A DNA stretch of 64,000 nucleotides. It comes from Candidatus Dormibacteria bacterium. GTDB taxonomy: Bacteria; Chloroflexota; Dormibacteria; Aeolococcales; Aeolococcaceae. A program made the translations under genes and the position numbers. The notes under the pieces were generated by a model. That model was not told the origin of the DNA and ran no database searches. It saw only the letters and a list, made by a program, of their open reading frames with translations. The stretch covers positions 12,688 through 76,687 of the forward strand of contig JBEKOU010000003.1 of assembly GCA_049521435.1 (NCBI GenBank). Direction: 5' to 3'. How positions within the stretch are numbered: the first letter of the stretch is position 1; each line of letters begins with the position of its first letter. This document shows positions 44,563 to 54,074 of this stretch, one piece after another.

Positions 44563-45549
44563 ATGCCCACTCCCTCCCCCGGCGTTCAGGGGGATGTGGC
44601 GGTGAGCCGGAAGGCGCTGATCCTCTTCGCCGTCATGTGCGTGGTCTGGGGAATCCCATACCTGCTCATCAAGGTCGCGGTCTCCGGGATCTCGCCAGCC
44701 AGCCTCGTCTTCATCCGCACCGGGATCGGGGCGCTCCTGCTCGTCCCGGTGGCGATCGCCCGCAAGGAAGTGCGGCCGATCCTCCCGGCCTGGAGGTGGC
44801 TCATCGCCTACACCGTGGCCGAGCTGATGATCCCGTGGTTTCTCCTCTCCAGTGCCGAGACCAAGCTCTCCAGCTCTCTCTCCGGCCTGCTGGTGGCCGC
44901 CGTCCCCCTCTTCGGGGCGCTGCTCGCCTGGGTCACCCGCAGCGAGCACCAGCTCGATGGTCGCCGCCTGGCCGGTCTCGGGGTCGGCTTCGCCGGGGTG
45001 GCCGTCCTGCTCGGCTTCGACATCTCGAGCCATGACCTCCTGGCGGTCGCCGAGATCGGGGTGTGCACCGTGGGCTACGCCGTCGGCCCGATGATCATCT
45101 CCCGCAGGCTGTCGCACCTCCCCTCCGTCGGCGTGGTGGCGGGGTCGCTCGCCTTCGCGGCGGTGGTCTACGCGCCGGTCGGGATCATCCAGCTGGGGGA
45201 CAGCCATCCCACGACCCGCGTCATCGCCTCGGCGGTGACCCTGGGGGTCGTCTGCACCGCGGTCGCCTTCGTCCTCTTCTTTGCCCTCATCGCCGAGATC
45301 GGACCGGTGAGAGCGACCGTGATCACCTACTTCAACCCGGCGGTGGCGCTGGTGCTCGGGGTCACGATCCTCGGCGAGCCGCTCCGGATCGGGGCCGTGC
45401 TCGGGTTCGCATTGATCCTGATCGGGTCGTTCCTTGCCACCCGGCGCAGGCCCGGGGGCGCGAGGGGATCGGCGGGCATGAGGGAGGTGGCTGCGGCGGA
45501 TGCGCGGCCCGCCGCCTCCGGGGAGCTCGGATCCGCCGACCTGCGCTGA
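44563..45549 (+). CDS. DMT superfamily (EamA-like) transporter
   Basis: Ten hydrophobic segments in two EamA-like halves (LFAVMCVVWGIPYLLIKVAV..., TYFNPAVALVLGVTILGEPL). Confidence 0.85.
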   Translation: MPTPSPGVQGDVAVSRKALILFAVMCVVWGIPYLLIKVAVSGISPASLVFIRTGIGALLLVPVAIARKEVRPILPAWRWLIAYTVAELMIPWFLLSSAETKLSSSLSGLLVAAVPLFGALLAWVTRSEHQLDGRRLAGLGVGFAGVAVLLGFDISSHDLLAVAEIGVCTVGYAVGPMIISRRLSHLPSVGVVAGSLAFAAVVYAPVGIIQLGDSHPTTRVIASAVTLGVVCTAVAFVLFFALIAEIGPVRATVITYFNPAVALVLGVTILGEPLRIGAVLGFALILIGSFLATRRRPGGARGSAGMREVAAADARPAASGELGSADLR

Positions 45550-45572
45550 GCGCGGCCGCCGGGGAAGTTTGG

Positions 45573-46184
45573 TCAGAAGGGAAGAGGGCGGTCCCTGAGA
45601 AGGGGGCCGTCCGCGTCGAGCGCTGCCGCGAGCGCCTCGACCTCCAGATGGGAGAGGGCCAGGGGCGCCCTCGGCGCCATCGGGTCCGGGTCGCCGTCCC
45701 GGAGCGGCCGCTGCCACCAGCCGACGTCGTGCCAGGCCCCGAGCTTCCAGCCCGCGGCTCGGAACAGGGCCACTTGAATGTACCCGCTCGCCTCGTGGAG
45801 CCGGACGCTCGCGGGATTGGGGAGCGCGATCCCGGCCATCGCCTGGCGGTAACCCTGGGCACCCAGGAGGCGCAGCAGCGACCGGTAGAGGGCCCGCCCG
45901 ACACCACGACCGCGCGCCGCCTCGGCCACGTACACGCTCGTCTCCACCGACCAGGCGTAGGCGGCCCGGGCCGCGAACGGCCCGGCGTAGGCGTAGCCCA
46001 GGATCCCGCGCTCGGAGTCGGCGACAAGCCAGGGGTGCGTCTCCTGGTGGGCAGCGATGCGCCGCGCCACCTCGGCTGACGAGGGCGGCGCGGTCTCGAA
46101 GGAGATGGCCGTGGACTCGACGACCGGCGCGTAGATGGCGTGGACGGCTGGGCCGTCCGCCTCGAGGGCCAGCCGGATCCGCAT
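45573..46184 (-). CDS. GNAT N-acetyltransferase (phosphinothricin/methionine-sulfoximine acetyltransferase-like)
   Basis: RIRLALEADGPAVHAIYAPVVESTAISFE, SVYVAEAARGRGVGRALYRSLL and NPASVRLHEASGY. Confidence 0.85.
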   Translation of the reverse strand: MRIRLALEADGPAVHAIYAPVVESTAISFETAPPSSAEVARRIAAHQETHPWLVADSERGILGYAYAGPFAARAAYAWSVETSVYVAEAARGRGVGRALYRSLLRLLGAQGYRQAMAGIALPNPASVRLHEASGYIQVALFRAAGWKLGAWHDVGWWQRPLRDGDPDPMAPRAPLALSHLEVEALAAALDADGPLLRDRPLPF

Positions 46185-46229
46185 CGGAAGATGCTAGGCC
46201 GTCAGCGGTCTGTCGGGCCGCGGTGATAC

Positions 46230-46312
46230 GCTCGTCTTCGTCCCGGGGTGCCCGATTGGCTGAGATCACACCCGAGAACCTGATCTGGGTAATGCCAGCG
46301 TAGGGAGGGCTC
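46230..46312 (+). promoter_or_regulatory. TPP (THI-box) riboswitch
   Basis: CGGGGUGCCC..GGCUGAGAUCACACCCGAGAACCUGAUCUGGGUAAUGCCAGCGUAGGGAGG matches the conserved THI element cores (GGGGUGC, CUGAGA, ACCUGAUCUGGnUAAUnCCAGCG, AGGGA). The 3' end covers the SD of thiD. Confidence 0.9.
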
Positions 46313-46314
46313 CG

Positions 46315-47094
46315 ATGTCGGTGGCGCGATGTCTCACCATCGCCACGTCCGATTCCGGCGGGGGTGCCGGGATACAGGCGGATCTCAAGGCGTTCGCGGC
46401 CGCCGGTTGCCACGGGATGTCGGCGATCGTCGCCCTCACCGCCCAGAGCACGGTGGGGGTGCGGGCCATCCACGAGCTGCCCGCCGACTTCATCACCGCG
46501 CAGCTCGACGCGGTGAACGATGACATCGGCGTGGACGCGGCCAAGACCGGGATGCTCTTCACGACGCCGATCATCGAGGCGGTCGCGGAGTGGCTGGCGA
46601 GGACCGACTTCCCCCTCGTGGTGGACCCGGTGATGGTGGCGTCGTCGGGGGCGGTGCTGCTGCGCGAGGATGCCGTCTCCACCCTCGTGCGCCGCCTCTT
46701 CCCGCGGGCCACCGTGATCACCCCCAACCTGCCCGAGGCCGAGGCCCTGACCGGCCACAAGGGCAGCCGGCGGGAGCTGGCCGAGCGGCTCCACCAGATG
46801 GGCGCGCCGGCGGTGCTGGTCACCGGCGGCCACGGTGAATCGGCGGTCGACCACCTCTTCGACGGGCGCGCTCACCACGAGATCCCCGTGGCGCGACATC
46901 ACGTCCCGGCCACCCACGGTGCCGGATGCACCCACTCGGCCACCCTCTGCGCCCGGCTCGCCCTCGGCGACGACCTGCTCACCGCCGCCCGGACCGCCGC
47001 GCGGGTGGCGGCGGACGCGGTGGCCGACGGCCTGGTCGAGATCGGTCATGGCGACGGGCCGGTCAACGTCCTCCATGCCACCCATCAGGAGTGA
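46315..47094 (+). CDS. thiD: hydroxymethylpyrimidine/phosphomethylpyrimidine kinase
   Basis: LTIATSDSGGGAGIQADLKAF, GVDAAKTGML and PVMVASSG. Sits directly behind the TPP riboswitch. Confidence 0.9.
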   Translation: MSVARCLTIATSDSGGGAGIQADLKAFAAAGCHGMSAIVALTAQSTVGVRAIHELPADFITAQLDAVNDDIGVDAAKTGMLFTTPIIEAVAEWLARTDFPLVVDPVMVASSGAVLLREDAVSTLVRRLFPRATVITPNLPEAEALTGHKGSRRELAERLHQMGAPAVLVTGGHGESAVDHLFDGRAHHEIPVARHHVPATHGAGCTHSATLCARLALGDDLLTAARTAARVAADAVADGLVEIGHGDGPVNVLHATHQE

Positions 47095-47099
47095 TCACG

Positions 47100-47930
47100 A
47101 TGCCGACGCCCGTCACCTCCCGCTTCTCGCCCGCTGCATCGCTCACCGCGATCCGCGCCGCCCACCCGCTGGTCCATCAGATCACCAACTACGTGGTGAT
47201 GAACGAGACCGCCAACATCACCCTCGCCGTCGGCGCCTCACCGGTGATGGCTCATGCCCTCGCGGAGGTCGAGGAGATGGCCGGATACGCTGGGGCGCTG
47301 GTGCTCAACATCGGCACCCTCTCGCCGGAGTGGGTCGAGGCCATGGTGCTGGCGGGTCGTGCCGCCAACCGGCACGGTGTACCGGTGGTGTTCGACCCGG
47401 TCGGTGCCGGAGCCACCAGGATGCGCACCGAGGCGTCGCGGCGGATCCTGACGGAGGTGTCGGTGGCCATCGTCCGCGGCAACGCGGCCGAGGTCTCCTC
47501 ACTGATCGGAGAGGCGGCGGAGATCCGCGGCGTCGACTCGGTCTCGGCCGGCGACCCGGGGACGCTGGCGGCGGCGGCGGCGCGAACCCTCGGTTGCACG
47601 GTGGCGGTCACCGGAGCCGTGGACCACATCGCCGGGGCGGGCGGGAGTGCGGCGGTGAGCAACGGCGTGGCCATGCTCGGTCAGGTCACCGGCACCGGCT
47701 GCATGTCGACCGCGCTCTGCGGCTGCTTCGCGGCCGTCAACCGCGACGACCCCCTGCGCGCCGCGACCGAGGCGCTGGCCGCCTTCGGGGTGGCCGCCGA
47801 GCACGCGGCGGTGGGCGCGCGTGGCCCAGGCAGCTTCCACGTCAACCTCTACGACTGCGTCGCCGCGCTCGACCCGACAACGCTCGACTCCGAGGTCCGC
47901 ATCGAAGCGACCGGCGCGACCCCGGCGTGA
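47100..47930 (+). CDS. thiM: hydroxyethylthiazole kinase
   Basis: ATG at 47100 in track ORF 46926..47930. PLVHQITNYVVMNETANITLAVGASPVMA, VFDPVGAGAT and TGTGCM. Confidence 0.9.
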   Translation: MPTPVTSRFSPAASLTAIRAAHPLVHQITNYVVMNETANITLAVGASPVMAHALAEVEEMAGYAGALVLNIGTLSPEWVEAMVLAGRAANRHGVPVVFDPVGAGATRMRTEASRRILTEVSVAIVRGNAAEVSSLIGEAAEIRGVDSVSAGDPGTLAAAAARTLGCTVAVTGAVDHIAGAGGSAAVSNGVAMLGQVTGTGCMSTALCGCFAAVNRDDPLRAATEALAAFGVAAEHAAVGARGPGSFHVNLYDCVAALDPTTLDSEVRIEATGATPA

Positions 47931-48499
47931 TCCTCCACGCCATCGTCTCCGACGCCGCCACCGCCGGCTGGGCGGCGCGCAACGGGGCGTCGGTGGTCCA
48001 GCTCCGGCTCAAGGAGGTCTCCACCGCGGAACGGGTCCGGGTGGGCCGAGAGGTGATCTCCGCCGTGGGCGATCTGGCCATGATCGTCATGAACGACGAC
48101 GTCGCGGCCGCGGAGGCGCTGGGCGTCATCGTCCATCTGGGTCAGGGCGATGCTGGCGTGCAGCGCGCGCTGCGGGCGGGGATCGGCTTTGGCCGGTCCG
48201 CGGGCGACCCCGACGAGGCCCGACGCGCCGAGGTCGAGGGAGCCCTCTACATCGGCGGGGGCGCGGTCTGGGCGACGCCGAGCAAGATGGACGCCGACCC
48301 CGCCATCGGGCTGGATGGTCTCGGTGGCATCTGCCGGGCGGTGAGCATCCCGGTGGTCGCGATCGGCGGTGTGGATCTCACCAACGCCGCGTCCTGCATC
48401 GCGGCCGGAGCGCGGGGGGTGGCGGTGATCCGCGCCGTCAGCGAGCTGCCCCGCCTCCGCGCGCGCCTGGAGGGCGCGGTCTCTGGCGGTCACGGGTAG
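47927..48499 (+). CDS. thiE: thiamine-phosphate synthase
   Basis: The GTG at 47927 overlaps the thiM stop (GTGA). VQLRLKE, HLGQGD, ATPSK and IPVVAIGGV. Confidence 0.8.
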   Translation: MILHAIVSDAATAGWAARNGASVVQLRLKEVSTAERVRVGREVISAVGDLAMIVMNDDVAAAEALGVIVHLGQGDAGVQRALRAGIGFGRSAGDPDEARRAEVEGALYIGGGAVWATPSKMDADPAIGLDGLGGICRAVSIPVVAIGGVDLTNAASCIAAGARGVAVIRAVSELPRLRARLEGAVSGGHG

Positions 48500-48506
48500 G
48501 GGTTCG

Positions 48507-50015
48507 ATGGCGGAGGCACTCGACGAGGCTCCGGCACGGCCGGCCGGGCGCGCGACCGTGGAGCTGGAGGGGGGCGCGGTCCCGGCGCGCGAGGGCGTCT
48601 ACGGCGAGCGGGTCGCCGCGGTGGAGCCGGGTGGGGTCGAGTACATCGCGGATGCCGAGCGGCATGGCCGGCCGCTGGGCCTCTTCTGGATGTGGGCGTC
48701 GCCAAACCTGGAGTTCGCCACCGTCTACGTCGGTGTCCTCCCGGTGGTCCTCTTCGGCGGCGGCTTCTGGCCGACCGCGATCGCCCTGGTGCTGGGGACC
48801 GCGCTCGGATCCGTCTTCCAGGGGCTGCTCTCGGTGATGGGACCGCGTCTCGGGGTGGCCCAGCTGGTGGAGAGCCGGGCGGCCTTCGGCTTCCTCGGCA
48901 ACCTGCTTCCCGCCGGCCTCCAGGTGCTCACCGCGGGAGCGGGCTGGGTGGCGGTCAACAGCGTGAGCGGAGCCTTTGCGCTCCAGACCTTCTGCGCGGC
49001 GGTGCGACTGCCGGTGCCGGGGTTCGCCCCGGCGCTCGGGATCGTCGTCCTCGTCGAGATCCTGGTGGCCTTCGCCGGCTACAACTTCATCCACGCCATC
49101 GAGCGCTGGGTCTTCCCCTTCCTGGCTGCTGTCTTCCTGGCCTGCACCGCGATCATCTTCCTGCACGCCCGTCCCGGCACCGGGTTCGACGCGGCGGCGA
49201 CCGCGGCCGGGGGCGGGCCGGTGGGGGCGTTCATGATCGCGGTCTTCTTCGCCTTCGCCTACGCCGCCAGCTGGAACCCGTACGCCTCCGACTACAGCCG
49301 CTACCTGGCCCGGGAGACCAGCCGGCTGCGGATCGTCCTCTCCGCCGGATTGGGGCTGCTGGCCACCTGCGGGGTGCTGGAGGTCGCAGGAGCGGCACTG
49401 GCGACCGTCGCCGGGACGCGGTGGGGGCTGACCGACGTCCCCACCGACCAGTTCGTGAAGCCGCTCCCCGAGGTCCTGGCGGTCGTCGCCCCCCTCGCCA
49501 TCTGCGTCGGTGCCGTCTCCGCCAATGCCATCAACCTCTACAGCAGCGCGATGTCCTTCCTCAGCATGGGCATCCGGATGACGGCGCGGCGGCGGCGGGC
49601 GCTCGCCGCCGCCGGCTTCGGGATCGTCGGCTTCCTGGTGGGATACCTGGTGGTGAAGACCGGCCAGGTGGGCCCGGGCGGGACGGGTGGGGCGTACGAG
49701 GACTTCCTCTTCTTCAGCACCTACTGGATCGTCGCCTTCCTCGGGGTGGTGCTCACCGACTGGGCCATGCGCGGCGGGCGGCTGCGCACCGCCCTGCTGT
49801 TCGACCGGCACCATTCGAACTGGCGCGGGGTGGCCGCCTTCGTGCTCGGCATCGCCGCCTGCGTGCCGTTCATGAACCAGTCGCTCTATGCCGGCTGGGT
49901 GGCCAGCATCTATCCTCAGACCGGCGACCTCAGCTTCGCCGTCGGCTTCGTGGTCAGCGCGACCGCCTACTGGCTGCTGGGCCGGACACGGGCGGCCGGC
50001 GACGCCGCCGGTTGA
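48507..50015 (+). CDS. NCS1 (purine-cytosine permease family) transporter, probably for a thiamine precursor
   Basis: 12-TM ORF with FWMWASPNLEFATVYVG. Last gene of the riboswitch-controlled thi operon, so the substrate is inferred from context only. Confidence 0.8.
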   Translation: MAEALDEAPARPAGRATVELEGGAVPAREGVYGERVAAVEPGGVEYIADAERHGRPLGLFWMWASPNLEFATVYVGVLPVVLFGGGFWPTAIALVLGTALGSVFQGLLSVMGPRLGVAQLVESRAAFGFLGNLLPAGLQVLTAGAGWVAVNSVSGAFALQTFCAAVRLPVPGFAPALGIVVLVEILVAFAGYNFIHAIERWVFPFLAAVFLACTAIIFLHARPGTGFDAAATAAGGGPVGAFMIAVFFAFAYAASWNPYASDYSRYLARETSRLRIVLSAGLGLLATCGVLEVAGAALATVAGTRWGLTDVPTDQFVKPLPEVLAVVAPLAICVGAVSANAINLYSSAMSFLSMGIRMTARRRRALAAAGFGIVGFLVGYLVVKTGQVGPGGTGGAYEDFLFFSTYWIVAFLGVVLTDWAMRGGRLRTALLFDRHHSNWRGVAAFVLGIAACVPFMNQSLYAGWVASIYPQTGDLSFAVGFVVSATAYWLLGRTRAAGDAAG

Positions 50016-50098
50016 GCCGGCGCGCTTGCCGTCTCCGGCCTGACAATGTGACTGGTTCGATGCTTTCAGCGTGATCTTCCCGCGGTCTCGGGCCCTCC

Positions 50099-50147
50099 CC
50101 TCTCACGGCTCACCCCATCGGGTGATACCGACCGGCGGTGAGAGAGG
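50099..50147 (+). other. nested stem-loops in the 235-nt leader of the peptide ABC operon
   Basis: CTCTCAC (50100-50106) pairs with GTGAGAG (50138-50144) and encloses TCACCC-CATC-GGGTGA (50110-50125). No known riboswitch recognised. Confidence 0.3.
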
Positions 50148-50250
50148 TACATTGGGCGACTTAAGACTTGGCACCGGTGGACGATGCCCACGGACGGCAC
50201 CATCGCCGCTGTCGCGAGTTCCGAACCACGTCGGACGCAAGGAGGGTGAG

Positions 50251-52131
50251 ATGACGTCGGGAAGACCACATCTTGGAGGCGCGGCGGCTGGCCGGCACCG
50301 GGCCTCGCCGGCGATGCTGCTGCTCAGCCTGGTGGCCGTGATCGGCGCTGCCTGCGGCGGCACCAGCAGCGGCTCGTCGTCCTCGTCAGGCGGCCTGGCC
50401 AGCAGCCAGGTGCTGAAGTTCCCGGCCTTTCAGAACCCCGGAACGTGGGACCCGGGTGAGGCGGACGCCGAGGTCGACACCGAGTTCATGCAGAACGTCT
50501 TCGACAACCTCTGGCGCTTTGACAGCACCCTCGCCATCGTGCCCGACATCGCGACCGCGGTCCCCACAGCGTCCAACGGGGGGATCTCCAGCGACGGGCT
50601 GACCTACACCGTGCACCTCAACCCGAACGCCACCTTCGACAACGGCGACAAGGTGACCGCTGAGGACGTCCTCTACTCCTGGGACCGGGCCGTCGCCCTC
50701 CAGGGCCCCTACTCCTCCAACCTCTCCGCGATCGCCGGCTTCTCCGCCGTGCAGTCGGCCGCCGGCTCGCCCCCCGCGAGCACCACGGGCAGCCCGCTGA
50801 ACTTCCAGCAGAGCATCGAGAACGGTCTCTGGGGCTGCTTCCGGGGCAAGGGCACGTCGGGTGCCACCTGCAACTCGAGCCTGGAGATGAGCGGTCTCAC
50901 GGCTCCTGACGGGCTCACCGGCTACACCGTCCAGATCACCCTCGCCTCTCCCTGCGGCTGGTGCATGGCGGCCTGGACCCTGGAGGGGACCACCGGGGCC
51001 ATCGTCGATGAGAACGTGATCCACAACGACCCCGTCAACTGGTGGACCAAGCCCAGCAGCAAGACCGACGGCATGGTGGGCACGGGGGCCTTCTACCTCG
51101 CCTCCTTCATCCCCAAGCAGTCGATGGTCTTCAAGGCCGTCAAGGACTGGTGGGGCTCGCCGAAGCCGACCCTCACCGAGGTCGACGTCGACATCAAGGA
51201 CCCCTCTGCCCTGGCCACCACTGTGGCGGCGTGGAAGCAGGGGAGCTACGGCATCATCGGGTACGGGGGGGACAGCGGCAACCTGGACTACCCGACCATC
51301 GAGAGCATCAAGAGCTCGCCCTACTCCAAGGACCTGCTGACCCAGCCCAAGGGCCGGACCACGTGGCTGAGCTTCAACATCGGGTACCCGAAGACGGGAG
51401 GCCCGTTCGTCGGGGAGTCGGCGGCGGCGGTGGGGCTGCGCAAGGCCTTCGACCTGGCGGTCGACAAGACCGGCCTGGCCAGCACCGTGTGCCATGACCT
51501 GCTCTGCACCGCGGCGACCGGGGGCCTGATCACCAAGGGGCTGATCGGCAACCTGGGCGACGGTCAGGACCCGCTGGCCCAGTACAACCCCACCGAGGCC
51601 AAGCAGCTGCTCAAGCAGTACGACCCGACGGGGACACTGACCTCCAACCTCACCTACTCGTACAACACCGGCGGGCTTAACGATCCGGTGGCCGAGTACC
51701 TCCAGAACGAGTGGCAGACCAACCTCGGCATCCATGTCAACCTCAACCCGGTCGGGGATGCCTCTCAGTTCATCTCCAACCGCCTGGGCGGCCAGTACGT
51801 CATGTCGCGTGACGGCTGGCAGTTCGACTACAACAACCCCCAGGACTGGTACGCGAACCTCTGGGGCACCTTCGCCACCGCCGCGGGGGCGAACACCAGC
51901 GGCTTCGACGACCCGACCTACGACAGCATCCTCAACCAGGCTGACGCGGAGCCGATCTCTCAGGCGCTCCCGCTCTACGACCAGCTGGCCACGATCCTGC
52001 AGCAGGACGTGGCCTACATCCCCCTCTACTACTCGGTCGGCAACTTCCTGATCCAACCCTGGGTCAAGGGAGCCGGCTCGAACACCGGGTTCGACTACTA
52101 CTGGGACCAGATCTCGATCCTCTCCCACTGA
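50251..52131 (+). CDS. ABC transporter substrate-binding lipoprotein, family 5 (peptide/nickel type)
   Basis: ATG at 50251 behind AAGGAGGG. Lipobox LVAVIGAACGG. About 600-aa mature protein typical of Opp/Dpp-type SBPs. Confidence 0.9.
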   Translation: MTSGRPHLGGAAAGRHRASPAMLLLSLVAVIGAACGGTSSGSSSSSGGLASSQVLKFPAFQNPGTWDPGEADAEVDTEFMQNVFDNLWRFDSTLAIVPDIATAVPTASNGGISSDGLTYTVHLNPNATFDNGDKVTAEDVLYSWDRAVALQGPYSSNLSAIAGFSAVQSAAGSPPASTTGSPLNFQQSIENGLWGCFRGKGTSGATCNSSLEMSGLTAPDGLTGYTVQITLASPCGWCMAAWTLEGTTGAIVDENVIHNDPVNWWTKPSSKTDGMVGTGAFYLASFIPKQSMVFKAVKDWWGSPKPTLTEVDVDIKDPSALATTVAAWKQGSYGIIGYGGDSGNLDYPTIESIKSSPYSKDLLTQPKGRTTWLSFNIGYPKTGGPFVGESAAAVGLRKAFDLAVDKTGLASTVCHDLLCTAATGGLITKGLIGNLGDGQDPLAQYNPTEAKQLLKQYDPTGTLTSNLTYSYNTGGLNDPVAEYLQNEWQTNLGIHVNLNPVGDASQFISNRLGGQYVMSRDGWQFDYNNPQDWYANLWGTFATAAGANTSGFDDPTYDSILNQADAEPISQALPLYDQLATILQQDVAYIPLYYSVGNFLIQPWVKGAGSNTGFDYYWDQISILSH

Positions 52132-52156
52132 GAGGGCAGACCAGAAGCTGAGTTTG

Positions 52157-52184
52157 GGACGCCCGGCGCGTGAGCCGGGCGTCC
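52157..52184 (+). terminator. intercistronic hairpin GGACGCCCGGC-6 nt-GCCGGGCGTCC after the SBP gene
   Basis: 11-bp stem, 25 nt after the stop and 32 nt before the permease start. Typical stoichiometry-setting partial terminator or stabiliser. Confidence 0.5.
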
Positions 52185-52215
52185 GCCTTCATCGGCGGGG
52201 AGGCCTCAACCGAAA

Positions 52216-53169
52216 GTGACCCGGGGAACGCTCGTCTACATCATCCAGCGGCTGGCGATCATCGCCCTCACCCTGCTGGTCGTCTCCTTCGGCGTCTTCG
52301 TGGTCGTCCATTCGCTCCCCGGCAACGCCTTCATCAGCCAGCGGGTGCACGGCAAGTCCCTGCAGCTCCTGCTTCATGAGTACGGCCTGGACCAACCCAT
52401 CCTGATCCAGTACTGGAACTTCCTGAAGGGCGCGGTCCAGGGCAACCTCGGGGTCTCGCTGTACATCCGGGGCGAGCCGGTCACACCCCTGGTGCTCCGC
52501 GAGCTCAGCGTGAGCTGCGAGCTGGGTGGGGCGGCACTGATCGTCACCATCGGTCTGGGCATCACCTTCGGTGTCCTCGCCGCCATCCGTCAGAACACCT
52601 GGGTCGACTACCTGCTGACCAGCTTCGCGGTCATCGGATACACGGTGCCGAGCTTCGTCATCGCAGCCCTGGGCGTGATGGTCTTCGCCAACTTCCTGGG
52701 CACTCTGACGAATGGCAACTTCGCCTACGCGGCGGTGTGGACGGGGACGTACGGCACCATCGGCGAGCTGTGGCTCCCCGCCCTGGCGATCGGCCTCTAC
52801 ACCTCGGGCCAGATCACCCGGATCACGCGGGCCAGCATGCTCGAGGTCATCCAGCAGGACTACATCCGGACCGCCCGGGCCAAGGGCCTGCGCGAGTGGG
52901 TGATCACCCTCCGCCACGGGTTGCGCAACGCCCTGGTGCCGGTGGTCAGCATCCTGGGCACCACCGTGGTCGGCATCCTGGTCGGCGTGCTGGTCATCGA
53001 GAACATCTTCGGCATCCCAGGCCTGGGCAAGGAGTTCGTGGAGAGCATCACCGAGCACGACTACAACGTCACGGTCGGGGTCTTCACCATCTTCGCGCTG
53101 CTCATCGGCGTCTCCAACCTGATCGTCGACCTGCTGTACACCGTGCTGGACCCGAGGATCAGGTACTGA
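52216..53169 (+). CDS. ABC transporter permease (DppB/OppB-like)
   Basis: YIIQRLAIIALTLLVVSFGVF N-terminus and the EAA-like region YIRTARAKGL. Confidence 0.9.
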   Translation: MTRGTLVYIIQRLAIIALTLLVVSFGVFVVVHSLPGNAFISQRVHGKSLQLLLHEYGLDQPILIQYWNFLKGAVQGNLGVSLYIRGEPVTPLVLRELSVSCELGGAALIVTIGLGITFGVLAAIRQNTWVDYLLTSFAVIGYTVPSFVIAALGVMVFANFLGTLTNGNFAYAAVWTGTYGTIGELWLPALAIGLYTSGQITRITRASMLEVIQQDYIRTARAKGLREWVITLRHGLRNALVPVVSILGTTVVGILVGVLVIENIFGIPGLGKEFVESITEHDYNVTVGVFTIFALLIGVSNLIVDLLYTVLDPRIRY

Positions 53170-54074
53170 TGGCCGCCACCCTCACCCCCTGGGAGGAGTA
53201 CGCGGGCGGCACCCTGGCCCGGGAGCAGGTCGGCCTCTGGCGGGACGGGCTACGCCGGCTCCGCCGCAACCGGCTGGCCCTGGCCGCTGCCGTCTACCTG
53301 ATCCTGCTGGTCGTCATGTGCGTGGTGTCGATCTTCTGGACCCCGTACAACCCCAACCTGGTGGGCACGTGCCCCGACTACACCCTGCCCAGCCTGGCCC
53401 ACCCACTGGGCTGCGACGACCTCGGTCGCGACACGCTGAGCCGGCTCATGGTGGGCTCCCAGGTCTCCCTGGCCGTGGGCCTGATCTGCGCCACCATCGT
53501 CATGGTGGTGGGGGTCAGCGTCGGTCTCCTGATCGGCTACCTGAGGGGAGTCCTCGATGCCATCTTCGCGCTGATCATCAACGTCTTCTACGGGGTGCCG
53601 CCACTGATGGTGGCGATCGTCCTCTACGTGCTGCTGGGACCCGGGCTGATCAACATCATCATCGCGATCGCGGCCGTCACCTGGATGGACATGGCCCGGC
53701 TGGTCCGGGGCCAGACGCTCAGCATCCGGGAGCGAGAGTTCATCGAGGCCGCCCGGGCCGGTGGAGCGCGCACCGGCCGGATCCTCTTCGTCCACATCTT
53801 CCCCAACGCCCTGGGGCCGATCATCGTCCAGACCACCTACGTGGTCCCCGCCGCCATCCTCACCTCGGCGTTCTTCAGCTTCCTCGGCTTCGGGGTGCCC
53901 GCCCCCCAGGCGGATTGGGGCGGCATGGCGAGCGAGGGCCTCTCTCCCCTGCTCTCCGGATTCGACCCCTACATGCTGCTCTTCCCGGCGCTCGCCCTCT
54001 CGCTCACCCTGCTCGCCTTCAACTTCTTCGGCGACGGCCTGCGCGACGCCTTCGATCCGAGGCAGCGACGCTGA
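53169..54074 (+). CDS. ABC transporter permease (DppC/OppC-like)
   Basis: The ATG overlaps the upstream TGA. HPLGCDDLGRDTLSRL and FIEAARAGGA. Confidence 0.9.
   Translation: MAATLTPWEEYAGGTLAREQVGLWRDGLRRLRRNRLALAAAVYLILLVVMCVVSIFWTPYNPNLVGTCPDYTLPSLAHPLGCDDLGRDTLSRLMVGSQVSLAVGLICATIVMVVGVSVGLLIGYLRGVLDAIFALIINVFYGVPPLMVAIVLYVLLGPGLINIIIAIAAVTWMDMARLVRGQTLSIREREFIEAARAGGARTGRILFVHIFPNALGPIIVQTTYVVPAAILTSAFFSFLGFGVPAPQADWGGMASEGLSPLLSGFDPYMLLFPALALSLTLLAFNFFGDGLRDAFDPRQRR

Noticed and set aside
41716-47085. 1789-aa minus-strand ORF spanning the glucosidase, EamA, GNAT and thiD regions
   Set aside because: It crosses several independently recognisable genes on both strands and the TPP riboswitch. 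It has no domain motifs and an extreme R/G/P/A/D composition. High-GC artefact.
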